DNA from: Vicugna vicugna
Lineage: Eukaryota
NCBI GenBank assembly: GCA_013265495.1
Contig: MU058824.1
Coordinates: 4,553,111 to 4,617,110 of the forward strand
DNA: 64,000 nt
Reading direction: 5' to 3'
Position 1 is the first letter of the stretch. Each line of letters starts with the position of its first letter. Below are positions 12,201 to 24,150 of this stretch, piece by piece. The translations under genes and the position numbers were made by a program. Under the pieces are notes generated by a model that was given only the letters and a program-made list of their open reading frames with translations, was not told where the DNA came from and ran no database searches.

Positions 12201-13383
12201 ATGAGCTTCTTCCTAGTTGGTCCAGGGCATCCATCTGGAGAAAAGTTTGAATTATTACAGAAAGAATACAAAGAGAAGGAATTCGTACATCATCTTTGAC
12301 ATTTAGAGTAAGATTCTGCCTTGCAATTCAAGCTGTTTTCCTGAGAGGATCTGCTCAATTCTTTTTTTCTTCCCCTTTCAACATACTGAGTCAAGAACCA
12401 AGCTGAGGGCCCAGCCCTTGGAGTTCCCCCTTCACGTGGAAAGCCACCCCATTCCACGTGTGACAGCCGGGCAGCAGGTTTGAAGCTCTAAGGGAGATGA
12501 AGGCCAAGATATCCAGGCCCGGGGAAGCCTGGTCCCTTCTGGCCCCACGTGACGATGGAAAGGGGAAAGGAGACAAGAGAAAGAGGGACCAAGTGTGAAA
12601 CGCGGGAGGCAGCCCCTGGGGAACTTCCAGAACAAACAGGGGACTGCAGAAGGACGGGGGTAGAGATGGAAACACGGAGACGCCGAAGTTATTTGGATGG
12701 GAAGTATGGGCAACGAAATCTGGGAATTCATGGAAAAGGTGTTTTCTGTTACATTTTTTATCAGAATATGTTATATCAAGAGTTAATACTTTCTTCAAAA
12801 ATGAAAAAATACAGTTACTTTCCTGAGTATAAAGAATAATCCTATAATAAAAGACAATGACAAAATTAAGCAATTAGAGGTACACAATTCTCTGCATTCC
12901 ATTACAAATTTATTCTTAAAAATCTCATGTATTTTGGGACTTTGTGTTTAAAAAAAAAAAACCCCAAACAGCTCATTTTGCACCTGTGATGTTACAGTAT
13001 GTCTGATTTGTCTTTATCAAATTCCGCTTGTGCATTTGAGGTGGTGAGTGCTGGGAATGTTCGCGTTACAACTGTAAACACACCCAGACAAAGGGCTGGA
13101 GAGCTCAGGGTGACCTGACAGGGCTTCCCAGGTGGCGGGGTTACGGGGGATCGATTTTATTTCTGGCAATCTATATTTTGAAAATCTCAACCATAAACAT
13201 GTTACTTGTATAATAATAAAAGCAACAAAGTTATAGCAGTTTTAGAAAAATATTCAGAAACCATGTCCACCCAAGCAGAATAGGCCTGAATCCTAGTCAA
13301 GCCATCTCTCCTCCACCAAAGAAGAGAGCAGCCGGACTCCAGAATCATCAACTCAACTGGTGTCAGCTTAAAGATGCCCCGAT

Positions 13384-13484
13384 GGGGAGGGTCTAGCTCA
13401 GTGGTAGAGTGCATGAGGTCCTGGGTACAATCCTCCGTACCTCCATTAAAATAAATTAAAAATAAATAAATAAACCTAAAAAAA
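13384..13484 (+). mobile_element. tRNA-derived SINE (Vic-1-like) with internal deletion
   Basis: GGGGAGGGTCTAGCTCAGTGGTAGAGTGCATGAGGTCCTGGGTACAATCC plus A-rich tail; degenerate TSD aaagatgcccc / aaaaatgcccc. Confidence 0.85.
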
Positions 13485-14391
13485 TGCCCCAAAGTGGAAG
13501 AAGTATACAGACTGGCTGTCCTCAGGGGTATGTGGGAGCTGATTCATCCAAAGGGACCTTTTCCCCTCCTCCCCCAGATGGAGTGCCCATGGGCCTTTAG
13601 AAGTGTGTATGCAGGTAAATGCAGTAAATTCTCTTGAGCCTCAGTTTCTCCTTTTGCACAATGAGGGAAAGATTGGAGACAGGTTGAATCTGTACAGCCC
13701 AAGGTTCTTTCCTTTCTGCCTTTTCAGGTCTCTACGCTTCTGAAACTACTATTTAAAGACACAGGAGTGACCTTTACAAATTGAGAATCACTATGTTGTA
13801 CACCTGAAACTTATGTAATATTGTACGTCAACTATGTCTCAAAAAATTAAAATTAAAAATATATATTTAAAAATGTTTAAGTATGTAAAAAAAAAATAGC
13901 CCTGGATAAATTGTATCCTGGGGAGCAACTCAGTGCTCAGCCTTTCCAGGTTGGGCCAGGATGCATGAGATATGTCACAGACAACACCAAGAAGACTTTA
14001 TTCAGTATGTATTGGCAGTGGGTGCTAGGTTGAGCTCAGATCAAATAGAACAACCCAGACACAGCCCTTTCCCAGCCATACCTTGCAACACACAGGATGA
14101 TAATGAGCCCAGTCAGTGCTACGGGCCTTTTTGGTTTAGAAAGAGTTTTCAGCAGCACAGTGAAGTAGGTAGAGCAGGTATGAAAATTATTTCCACTTTA
14201 AAAGTGAAGAAACCATGGCTCAGAGACGTTAAGCGTCTTGCTCAGGGTCACACAGCTTATAAGGGTCAGAGCAAAGATCCACTTCAGAGCATACTCAAAA
14301 GGGTAACTGAAGATGTTTCAATGAAATGATTGTTTAAAGAGCTAGGAGCAGGGCTAAGAGAACTGACAGTGGACTAGGAAGCAACCCTGAA

Positions 14392-14800
14392 TGTTACCGG
14401 TTGAACTGTGTTCCGCTAAGATGGCATGTCGAAGGCCTAGCCCCCCAGTACCTCAGAATGTGACCTTATTTGGAAATAGGGTCACTGTAGATATAATTAG
14501 CAAAGATGAGGTTATCCTGGAGAAGGGTGGGCCATTAATCCAATCTGACTGGTGTTCTTATATGAAGAAAAGAGACACAGAGCTGTGGGGAGAACGCCCT
14601 GTGACCACGGAGGCAGATACAAGTGCTCCACTGCGAGCGAACCGAGGAACTAACACCAAGGATCCCCAACCAGCCGCCAGAAGCTAGGAGAGCACGGATT
14701 CTCCCCTACAAGTTTCAGAGGGAGCTAGGCTCTGCTGTCACTTTAATTTTAAACTTCAAGCCTTCAGAACTGTAAGAGAATACATTTCTATTCTTTAACA
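14392..14800 (+). mobile_element. MaLR LTR (MLT1-type)
   Basis: cccagtacctcagaatgtgaccttatttggaaatagggtc...cagaactgtaagagaatacatttc are typical MLT1 motifs. Confidence 0.8.
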
Positions 14801-14825
14801 ACAACAACAACAACAAAATACAACA

Positions 14826-15375
14826 GTGCTTCCGAACCCAAACCAGGTTTGCTTTGCCCTGTGTGCAGCAAATCAGAATGCTGAGATGCCCAAATTTGCA
14901 GCCAAATGAGAAAATGAGAGAACAAGCCTCAGCTGCGTGTCCCTGAAGGCACCAGGCTCAGGCTTGGGGTATTTATAGGCTAAAGATCAAAGCAGCAGGG
15001 CGGTCTGAGGCGCGGGGAACGTGGGGAACACGGGGAAAGGTGATTGGAAAAAGGTGTGTAATCATCCTTCTGCGCAGGCGTAACTCAGCTACAGGCGCTG
15101 CACATTGAAAAATGGAGACCTTAGCACGATCTAAGGGTGGAGTTTTCAACCCTCTGACATCAAGAAGTCACCAAGCAGACACCCAGTGGGAGGGTCGGTG
15201 GTCCTATCCAGTCTTTACTGTCTCAGCTTGAACACAACACAGCTGACTTCAAGTTCCTGCAAAACGACTCAGACAAACATCTTGTTTTGGCTACTTGCTG
15301 TTTGGAGGGCATGCAAGTCTTAAAATGCCTTTGATTAGTGAAGGCAGGTGATGGATTTGACTAATAATTATCCAC
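14826..15375 (-). mobile_element. Probable ERV LTR fragment
   Basis: LTR-like composition with minus-strand TATAAATA (gtatttatag, about 14969-14978). Family not identified. Confidence 0.45.
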
Positions 15376-15380
15376 ATTTT

Positions 15381-16207
15381 CAGTAACCCCCCCTTACCCA
15401 TGAGAAAGATATGTTCTAAGTCTCCCCGGGGATGCCTGAAACCATGGATGGTACCAAACCCTACAGATACCATGTTTTTTCCTATACATACATATTTATC
15501 ATAAAGTTTAATTCATAAATTAGGCACAATAAGAGATTAGCAGCATTAACCACTCATAAGATAGAACAATCATAACAACATACTGTAATAAAAATTGAGT
15601 GAATGTGGTCTCTTTCTCTCAAAATATCGTATTGTACTGTACTCACCCCTCTTGTGATGACGCAAGATGATACAACGCCTATGTGATGAGGGAGATGCAG
15701 TGAGGAGAATGAGCTACTACTGACTTTCTGACATCGGCTTCAGGTGAATGCCTTTTCTTCACACTTCCACAGCTAGAAGATTCATTCATACTGTCAATCT
15801 TACCAACCTCCGCATACAAATTTTTTTTCTTTCCACATTAAGAACTTTCACCCTTTCACTTAAAGGAGGCACTTTAAGGCTTCTGTTTGGCATATCCAAA
15901 TTGCCAGCATCACTCCTCTTGCACTTTGGGGCCATTATTAAGTAAAATAAGGGTTACTTGAACACAATCCCTGGGATCCCGCGACAGTCGATCTGATACC
16001 CTAGCGGGCTACCAAGTGCCTAACGGTCCGGGGCAGGACAGAGCTGGACATCGCGAGATTTCATCATCTTACTCAGAATTGCACACAATTTAAAGCACGA
16101 ATTGTTTCTAGAATTTTCCATTTAATATTTTTGGAGTGTGGTTGACCACAAGTAACTGAAACTGCAGAGAACAAAACTGCAGATAACGTGGGGGTGGGGG
16201 ACTACTA
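15381..16207. mobile_element. Tigger7/MER44-family DNA transposon
   Basis: Ends CAGTAACCCCCCCTTACC and GATAA...GGGGGACTACT resemble MER44 TIRs; internal ggatgcctgaaaccatggatggtaccaaaccc. Confidence 0.75.
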
Positions 16208-17129
16208 TAATTGTGACCCTTAGAATTATACTCATTTCCTTAACTAACAACTATCTAACCAGGCCCTGTATTTGGTGCTGAGGCTACAGAGAAGAAAAAC
16301 AGTCTTTGCCCTCCCGGAGTTTGTTACCTTGGATGGGAGACAGAAATATAAATGATTACCATGTACCAGGTAAATTCCAGGACTTAAGTGTTCTCGAGGC
16401 CCCAGGGAAGTGTGAGGAGAGGGTCATTTGTGAGCAATACAGTTCTTTCCCACTCTACTGTTTTAATAATTGCCACAGTAATTACAGATTTATCTCACTT
16501 AAACCTCATAACAATTCCATTCCCCACACGTTACACAGGAGGCTTACAGAGTCACTGTACTTGCTCTGGGTTACATAGCTAGAAAGCGGGGGAGCCAGGA
16601 TCAAGCCCAGGCCTGCCTGACCCCAAAGCCTACCTCTAACCCCCAGAGAGGCTGTGCTGGATTGAGAGATGGAACTGGATGCCTCACTCAGGAAAGAGGA
16701 GTTGTGTCTCTGAGAATCCACAGGAGAGGGAAAGGAGGACATGAGGGGATGATGGAGAGGAACAAGGAAGAGTTTTTCAAGGACTTTGCCCTAAAAATTT
16801 GAAAAACTGATTAGGCTTTTGTGGAACAATGTTCAAAGTCATAATAGTTTCCTGTGGGGATTTCCAACCATCCTCCACCCACCTCCCAAAAAACAAAATG
16901 TTCTTAAAAGCAGACAATAATCAAAAGTAAGATGGTTGGATAGATAGACTGATATATGATAAAGCAAATGTAGCAATGGTTAACAATTGAGGAAATTAGA
17001 GTTTTAAGTATATGGCTACTTACAATTGTTTCAACCTTTCTACATGTTTGAAAATTTTCACATACACACAAAATGTTGGAGGCAGGAGAAATAAAGCAAT
17101 AGTTGTGGGGGAAAGTAGGAGAATAGAGT

Positions 17130-17420
17130 TTTCTAGTGTTGTCCCACATGGCAGCTACTAGCCATGTGGTGACTGAGCACATGAAATGCAGCTCATCTGA
17201 GTTGAGAGATTCCATGTGTGTAACATAGATTCTAGATTTCAAAACCTTAGTATGCAAAAGAATGGAAAATATCTCTATTATTTTTATCTTATTTACATGT
17301 TGAAATGATCATTTTGATATACTTGGGTAAATAAAATACATTATTGAAATTAATTTCACCTGTTTCTTTTTACATTTAAATTACATATGTATCCTGCATT
17401 GTATTTCTACTAGACAGAGC
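17130..17420. mobile_element. hAT-Charlie element (MER3/MER33-like)
   Basis: ggcagctactagccatgtggtgactgagcacatgaaatg...tttctactagacagagc. Confidence 0.65.
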
Positions 17421-19019
17421 CCTCTAGAGCATCCAGTTACCACAGGTCCTGGTCCTTTGCTCTGGACCAAGCCCCGTGCTGGGGGTGCTGAATCAAACAG
17501 TCACAGGCTCAGAGAGCTGAAGGTCTAGGTCCAGGGGACAAGCAAAGACAGATCTGAAAACATGAGATGATTTCAGTATCTTAGGAATCTCAGTGACTTC
17601 CTTGCTTATGGGTGCCCACTTCATGCTTTTTGGATTAGACTTGGGGGCAGAACCTCCCTTGGGAACACCCAGAAATATGTGGGAGTGTTTGAGGGTATCA
17701 GGATGACTAGGGAGATGGGGTCAGTATTTCACATGCAGAAGCCAAGGATGGTAAACACCCCACAATGGGAGGGATAGTCCAGTGTGAGGAAGAACTGTCC
17801 TGTCCAAAACACCAGTAGGTACCTGTTGAGGAGCCCAGAAGTAGAGGAAGAATGACACACCTCTTTCAGCCCTCTGGACGGGGACTCTGAGGTCTGCTTT
17901 CCACCTGACACCATTATTTCTGTGGAGGCAAGAACATGGAGCTTCCTGGGGTACTGAATCACACAAATTCAATTCATATCTCCTCAAGGGTAGGAAAAAC
18001 ACTGTGGGACAGTCAGGGACACCCAAGGGCTTGACTCCCAGCAGGAAACCTCTCTGATTATGAAGACTGACAATGGCAGTGTTCAATTAGCCCAACTTAA
18101 TTAGTCTTCTGGGAGCCTGTCTCCAGAGCTTAGGGCACCACCCTGCAGTATCAGGCCACAGGAACAGAGCATTTCTGGGAATGGTGCCCAGTGAAGATGA
18201 GTCATCCCTTTGGTCTGATCTTAGGGCTGGAGCTATGAGAATGGATGGGAAGTGTGGGCAGGTGTCCCATATAACTTAGGTGGAACAAACACAGGGTTCC
18301 CGAAATTCCACAGATCCCAGAAGGCCTTAGTTGAGGAAGAGGTAAAGGTGTAAGGACTCAGAGGGAGGTGGGGAATCACTACCAGCTTGTGAAAGGATCA
18401 GAAATCCCACCTTAGAAGATGCAGAAGTCCAGGTGAGAGATGATGGGTGCCTCCCTCACGACTGAATCAGGGAGAGGAACAAGTGGAAAAGATTTAAAAC
18501 ATATTTTTGAGATGGAATGAAGAGGACATTCTAATCCATTTGGTGAGGAGAATTAAGGAGAAGGAGGAGCCAAGTATAGCTCCCAGGTATCTAGAATGAG
18601 CCACTGAGTAGTAGAATGGGCAGGAATAACTTTTAAAGAAACTCATCAGTGAAGGTAGGAGAGAGATGAGGCAGCAGCTGGAGGAGGAACTCATATCAAA
18701 GAAGATTTTATTTTAAAGATCCAAGAAGATTGAGCCTTATGTTCTCAAGGGAGTTAGCAGGGGAGAGGAGTGATTCATGGAATGAGGATCCTCAGAAAGA
18801 GAGAAGGATTAGGGTCAGGGATAAGGATGGAGTGGGATGTTTTGAGATTGATTCCCTGTCTCAGTGCCTAATGCTGTGAGCTGCCCTGGCAACTAGATGC
18901 TTGAAGTGATCCTCCTCAGGCTTCATGTCTCTTCTTTCTTGCCCATGTTTTTTTTTTTTTTAATTTAAGCTATGTGCTATTTGCTATAAAAATCTGAAAA
19001 AAGGTTATAGAAAAGTTGA

Positions 19020-19180
19020 GGGGGGAGGGTAATAGCTCAGTGGTAGAGCACATGCTTAGCGTGCATGAGGTCCTGGGTTCAATCCCCAGCACCTCCGTTA
19101 AAAATAAATAAATATATAAACCCAATTACTCCCCCCCAATATTTTTTAATTAAATAAATAAAACAAAACAAATTTTAAAA
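19020..19180 (+). mobile_element. Full-length tRNA-derived SINE (Vic-1-like) with TSD
   Basis: GGGGGAGGGTAATAGCTCAGTGGTAGAGCACATGCTTAGCGTGCATGAGGTCCTGGGTTCAATCCCC plus tail; perfect TSD AGAAAAGTTGA at 19009-19019 and 19181-19191. Confidence 0.9.
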
Positions 19181-19191
19181 AGAAAAGTTGA

Positions 19192-22100
19192 AAGCAAAAG
19201 GATAGAAAAAGATACGTCAATCAAGTATTAAGCAAAAGAAAGCTGGTATAATTATATTAATAATAGACAAAGTAAATTTTTAAAGCAAAAAGGATTATTA
19301 GAAATAAAGAGGGTCTCTATATACACAGAAAAGATTATTTTCACCAACAGGATATATCAGCTTTAGTTGTGTATGCACTTGATAACATAGTCTCAAATAT
19401 ATAAAGCAAAAGTTTATAGAACTGTAAGCAGAATTTGATAAATTCATAGTGAAGAGAAAGATTCTAGCACATATCTTTAGGTAACTGAGATATGAATTAG
19501 ACAAAATAGTCATTAAGTATTTAGCTTTGAACAAATAATTATAAAGCTTGATAAAATGGGCATATATAGACGCATTGCCCTCAACAGAGAAGGCACATTG
19601 TTTTTAAGCATACAGATAATGTTTATGAAAAATGTCCAGGGAGTAGGTTATAAAGCAAATCTCAATACATTTTAAAGAATGGGTATCATATATACCATAT
19701 TCGCTGAGTAAAATGAAATTAAATTAGAATTCAAGCTGAGATCAATTTTAAAATTAGAAGATTAACCTAAAAACCTCCATTTGTATGGGAATTAAGAAAT
19801 ATACTTCTATAACAACTAGAAGAAATAATAGTAAAAATTAGAAATTATTTAGAACCATACAGAAACAAAAATAGTATACCAAAACTTGTGGAATGAAATG
19901 AAAAGAGCACTTATATTAGAAAAAGAAGTCTGAAATTTAATGAACTTAAAAATTGAGAAAAAGCCCAAAGTTAGCCACATAAGGACAATAATAAAGATTA
20001 GAACAGAGATTAAATCCAACAGAGAATAAAAAAAATAGGAAAAAATCAACAAAACCAAGAGTTGGTTTTTTGAAAAAAATAAACAAAATCAACAAACCCT
20101 TAGCAAAACTAAGAAAAAAAAGAGAAAAGACTCAAAGAGAATCAGAAATCAAAGACGAGACGTTACAACAGACGACACAGAAATAAAAAGGAGCATAAGG
20201 GATTACTATGAACAATTACACACCTACAAATTAGATAATCGAGAAGAAATGTATATGTTCCTAAAAACACACAACCTACCAAAACTGAACTGAGAAGAAA
20301 TAAAAAGCCTGAAGAGATCAATAACAAATAAGGAGATTAAATCAGTAGTCAAAAACCTTCCAACAAAGAAAGCCCAGGACCAGCTAGCTTCACAGGTGAA
20401 TTCTACCAAACACTCAGATAAGAATGAAAAACCAATCCTTCTTAAATTCTTCCAAAGAAGAAGAAGGAGGAGGAGGGGGAGGAGTGGCGGCACATGTGCA
20501 AACTCATTTATCAGGCTAGCATCACCCTTACACCAAAGCCAGACAAAGCCCCCACAAGAAAACTGTAGGCCAATATCCTTGATGAAAAGAGATGCAAAAA
20601 TCCTCAATAAAAATACTAACAAACTGAATTTAACAGCACATTAAAAGAGTTATACACCAAGACCAAGTCAGATTTATTCCTGGGCTGCAAGGGTGTTTCA
20701 ACATATGGAAATGGATCAGTGTAATACACCACATCAGTAAAATGAAGGACAAAAGCACAAGATCATCTCAATTGATGCAGAAAAATCATTTGATAAAGTT
20801 CAACACTCTTTCATGATAAAAACAGTCAACAAAATAGGAAATAGAAGAAAACTACTTTCAGCATAATAACAATCATATATGAAAAACCCGCAGCAAACAT
20901 AATACTCAGTGGTGAACGACTGAAAGCCTTTCCTCTAAGATCGGTAACAAGGCAAGGGCGCCTGCTTTCATCACTTTTATTCAACATGGTACTAGTTCTA
21001 GCCAGAGCATTTAGGCAAGAAAAAGAAATAAAAGACACCCAAACTGAAAGGAAGAAATAAAATCATCTGTTTGCAGATGATATGTGATTTTATGTAGAAA
21101 ACCCTAAAGACTCCACACACACACACACACACTCACACAAAAGCTGTTTGAAATAATAAAGGAACTCAGCAAAGACCAGGATACAAAATCAACATACAAA
21201 AATCAGTTACATTTCTATACATGAACAGTGAATAATCTGAAAAGGAAATTATAAAAACAATTCCATTTACAACAGCATAAAGTGAATAAAAGAATAAAAT
21301 CCTTAGGAATTAACTTAACCAAGGAGGTGAAAGACTTGAACAATAAAAACTACAAAAAAAAAAAAACAGATGTTAGAATGGCAATAGATTTCTTGTCAAA
21401 AACAATGCAAGCCAGAAGACAATAGTGCAATATATTTAACGCACTGGGGGGAAAATACTGTCAGAATTATGTCCCAAACAAAACCACCTCTCAAAAATGA
21501 AGACAAAATAAAAATATTTTCAGACATACAAAAGTTGAGAGACTCTGTCACAAATAGGCCATATCTACAAAAATGTTTAAAAAAAAAACTCATTTAGGTA
21601 GAAGAAAATGATACACCAGAAGGAAATTTAGATCTACACAAAGCAATTAAGATCCCTGGAAGTGTAAAATGTATAAATAAATATAAAAGACTTTCTTCTC
21701 TGATTTTTATACTTCTTTTTTAAAATAGTTGACTATTGAGCAGCCATTGTCAAAATCAGTATGAAGAGCTCAAAAAACTAAAAACAGAACTACCACATGA
21801 CCCAGTAATTCCATTCCTAGGTATGTATCTTAAAAAAAACACAAAAACTAATTCAAAAAGAGGCATGCACCCCAGTGTTTGTAGCAGCATTATTTACAAT
21901 TGCCAAGACATGGAAGCACAGAAAAGTGTACAGAAAACATTTACCATGGGGCAGGGAAGGCCACCAGAATTTCTCATCCCCTCCAACTCTGAGTTGCAGA
22001 AGCTAAATGTATGGTCAGTGCAGCTGAGAAACTGGGGGCTCCCTTCTCCCCCTCAACCCCCACTCATAGGGTGAAGGCTCTGCCCCAGATGCAGCAACCA

Positions 22101-24150
22101 AAGAACACTTGGGCCCAGTTCTCCCTCACCTTGGCTTTCAGGGCACTGGGAGAGACAAGTTGAGAAGACCAGAGGCTACTATTCCTCACCCAGCACTCAG
22201 AGCAGTGCTCAGAGACTCTGACCAGAAGAGGCAGTCTATCAGAAAGCTCTCCCTCAAAAGAACTGGCTCTATTTGAAACAGAGTATGGAGCAGTTAATCC
22301 TAAAAGTGCTCTTCAAAACAGTGGACAATAATACAAAGGATTTAAAATGGACAAAGAATCTGAATAACCATTTCTCCAAAATAAATAAATAAGCATATGA
22401 AAAAATGCTCAACATCACTAGTCATCAAGGAAATGCAAACCACAGTGGGATCATTCCATACCCTCTAGGATGGCTATGATCAAAAAGGCAGATAATAACA
22501 ATGCGAGGTTTTGGAGAAATTGGAACATTCATAGGTTGCCGATGGGATGTAAAACGTTGCAACCATGTTGGAAAACAGTCCGTCAGTTCCTCAAAAGGTT
22601 AAGCATAGAGCTATGACCCAGCAGTTCCACCCTTAGGTATATACCCAAGAGAAGTAAAAACATATGTCCACAAAAAACTTGTACAGGAATGTTCGTAGCA
22701 GTATTATCCATAATAATCAAAAAGTAAAAGCTCAAATGTCCATCAACTGATGAATGCATAAATAAAAATCCATTGCCATAGACAGTGATTGTGTTCCCCA
22801 AATATTCATAGGTTGAGATCCTAACCCCGAATGTGACAGTGTGAGGAGATGGGGCCTTTAGAGTGATTAGATCATAAGAGTTGAGCCCTCATGAATGGGA
22901 TAGGTGCCCTTATAAAATAGACCAAGAGAGCTCCCTCACTCCTTCTGCCATGTGAGGACATAGCTGGAACACGGCAGTCTAAGAACCAGGAAGTGGGCTC
23001 TCACCTGACACCAAATCTGCCTGAGCCTTGATTTTACACTTGCCAGCCTCAAAAATTATGAAAAATAAATTTTCATTGTTTATAAGCCACCCAGTCTATG
23101 GTATTCTGTTATAGCAGCCCAAATGGAAAAAGACATCCATACCATGGGATCTGATCCAGCAATAAAAAGAAATTAAGTACTGATACATGCTACAATATAA
23201 ATCAACCTTGAAAACACTATGCTACAGGAAAGAAACCACTCACAAAGGGGCACATACTGTATGATTCCGTTTATATAAATAACCAGAATAGGATTATAGA
23301 GACAGAAAGTAGACTAGTGATTGCCTAGGGCCAGAGGAAGCTTGAGAGGAAAAGGAGAGTGACTGTTAATGGGTACAGAGTTTCTCTTGGAAGTGATAAA
23401 AATGGACTAAAATTGATTGTGATGATGGCTGCACAACTCTCTAAACATAATAAAAACTGTGAAATTGTACACTTTAAGTGGGCAAACTGTATGGCATTTG
23501 AATTATATCTCAATACAGATGTTATTTTACAAAAGAGCTATTGATACATATAACATGGATGACCCTCAAAGTAATTATGCTGAGTAAAGGAAGCCGTATT
23601 TTAAAGAGTACATTCTGTAAAATCTCACATAATTAAAATTCCAGAAAAATGCAAGGAATCTACAGTTATGGAAAGCAGACCAGTGGTGGCCTGGTTGGGG
23701 GAGGGCAGAACAGATTACCAAGGGGCATGAGGAAACTTTGGGGGTGATAGATAAACTCAGAATCTTGATTGTGGTGGTGGTTTCGTGACAGTATACCACA
23801 GTATGTTAAAATTGATCAAATTACATGACTTAAATATATGCACTTGTACATCACTTATCTTCAATAAAACTATAACAAAAAAGCCTCCTAAAAACCCATA
23901 CTTATATATGATCACAAAATCTATTTCTATGTGTAGATATATGTATGTAAATGACCAGAAAAGTACCTGATAGACATACATAAAAATAAGAACACTGGTT
24001 AACTTTGGGGAGTGAGGAGGAGAGACATGAAAGGGGAGACACTTTGACATTATGTACTTCTGCCTTCTTTGTATTTTTTACGAGAATGTTCTATATATAC
24101 AATTTGTATAAATAAACAAAAAGTTAATAAAATCACTTTAAATTTTAAAA
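19192..24150 (+). mobile_element. Nested degraded LINE-1 fragments (ORF2 endonuclease/RT region, ORF1-like piece, several 3' ends)
   Basis: ORF2 motifs (aagcccaggaccag; ENCRPISLMKRDAKILNK in ORF 20396-20644; tgtttgcagatgatatg) with many stops and frameshifts. Confidence 0.85.
22783..23134 (+). mobile_element. MaLR LTR (MLT1A/MST-like) inserted in L1
   Basis: gttgagatcctaacccc...ataagccacccagtctatggtattctgttatagcagccc...aagaca. Confidence 0.8.

Noticed and set aside
19020..19095. tRNA-like sequence (also at about 8205-8280 and 13384-13445)
   Set aside because: A-rich tails and TSDs mark these as SINE heads, not tRNA genes.
20224..21038. Hydrophobic minus-strand ORFs
   Set aside because: Antisense translations of A-rich L1 ORF2.
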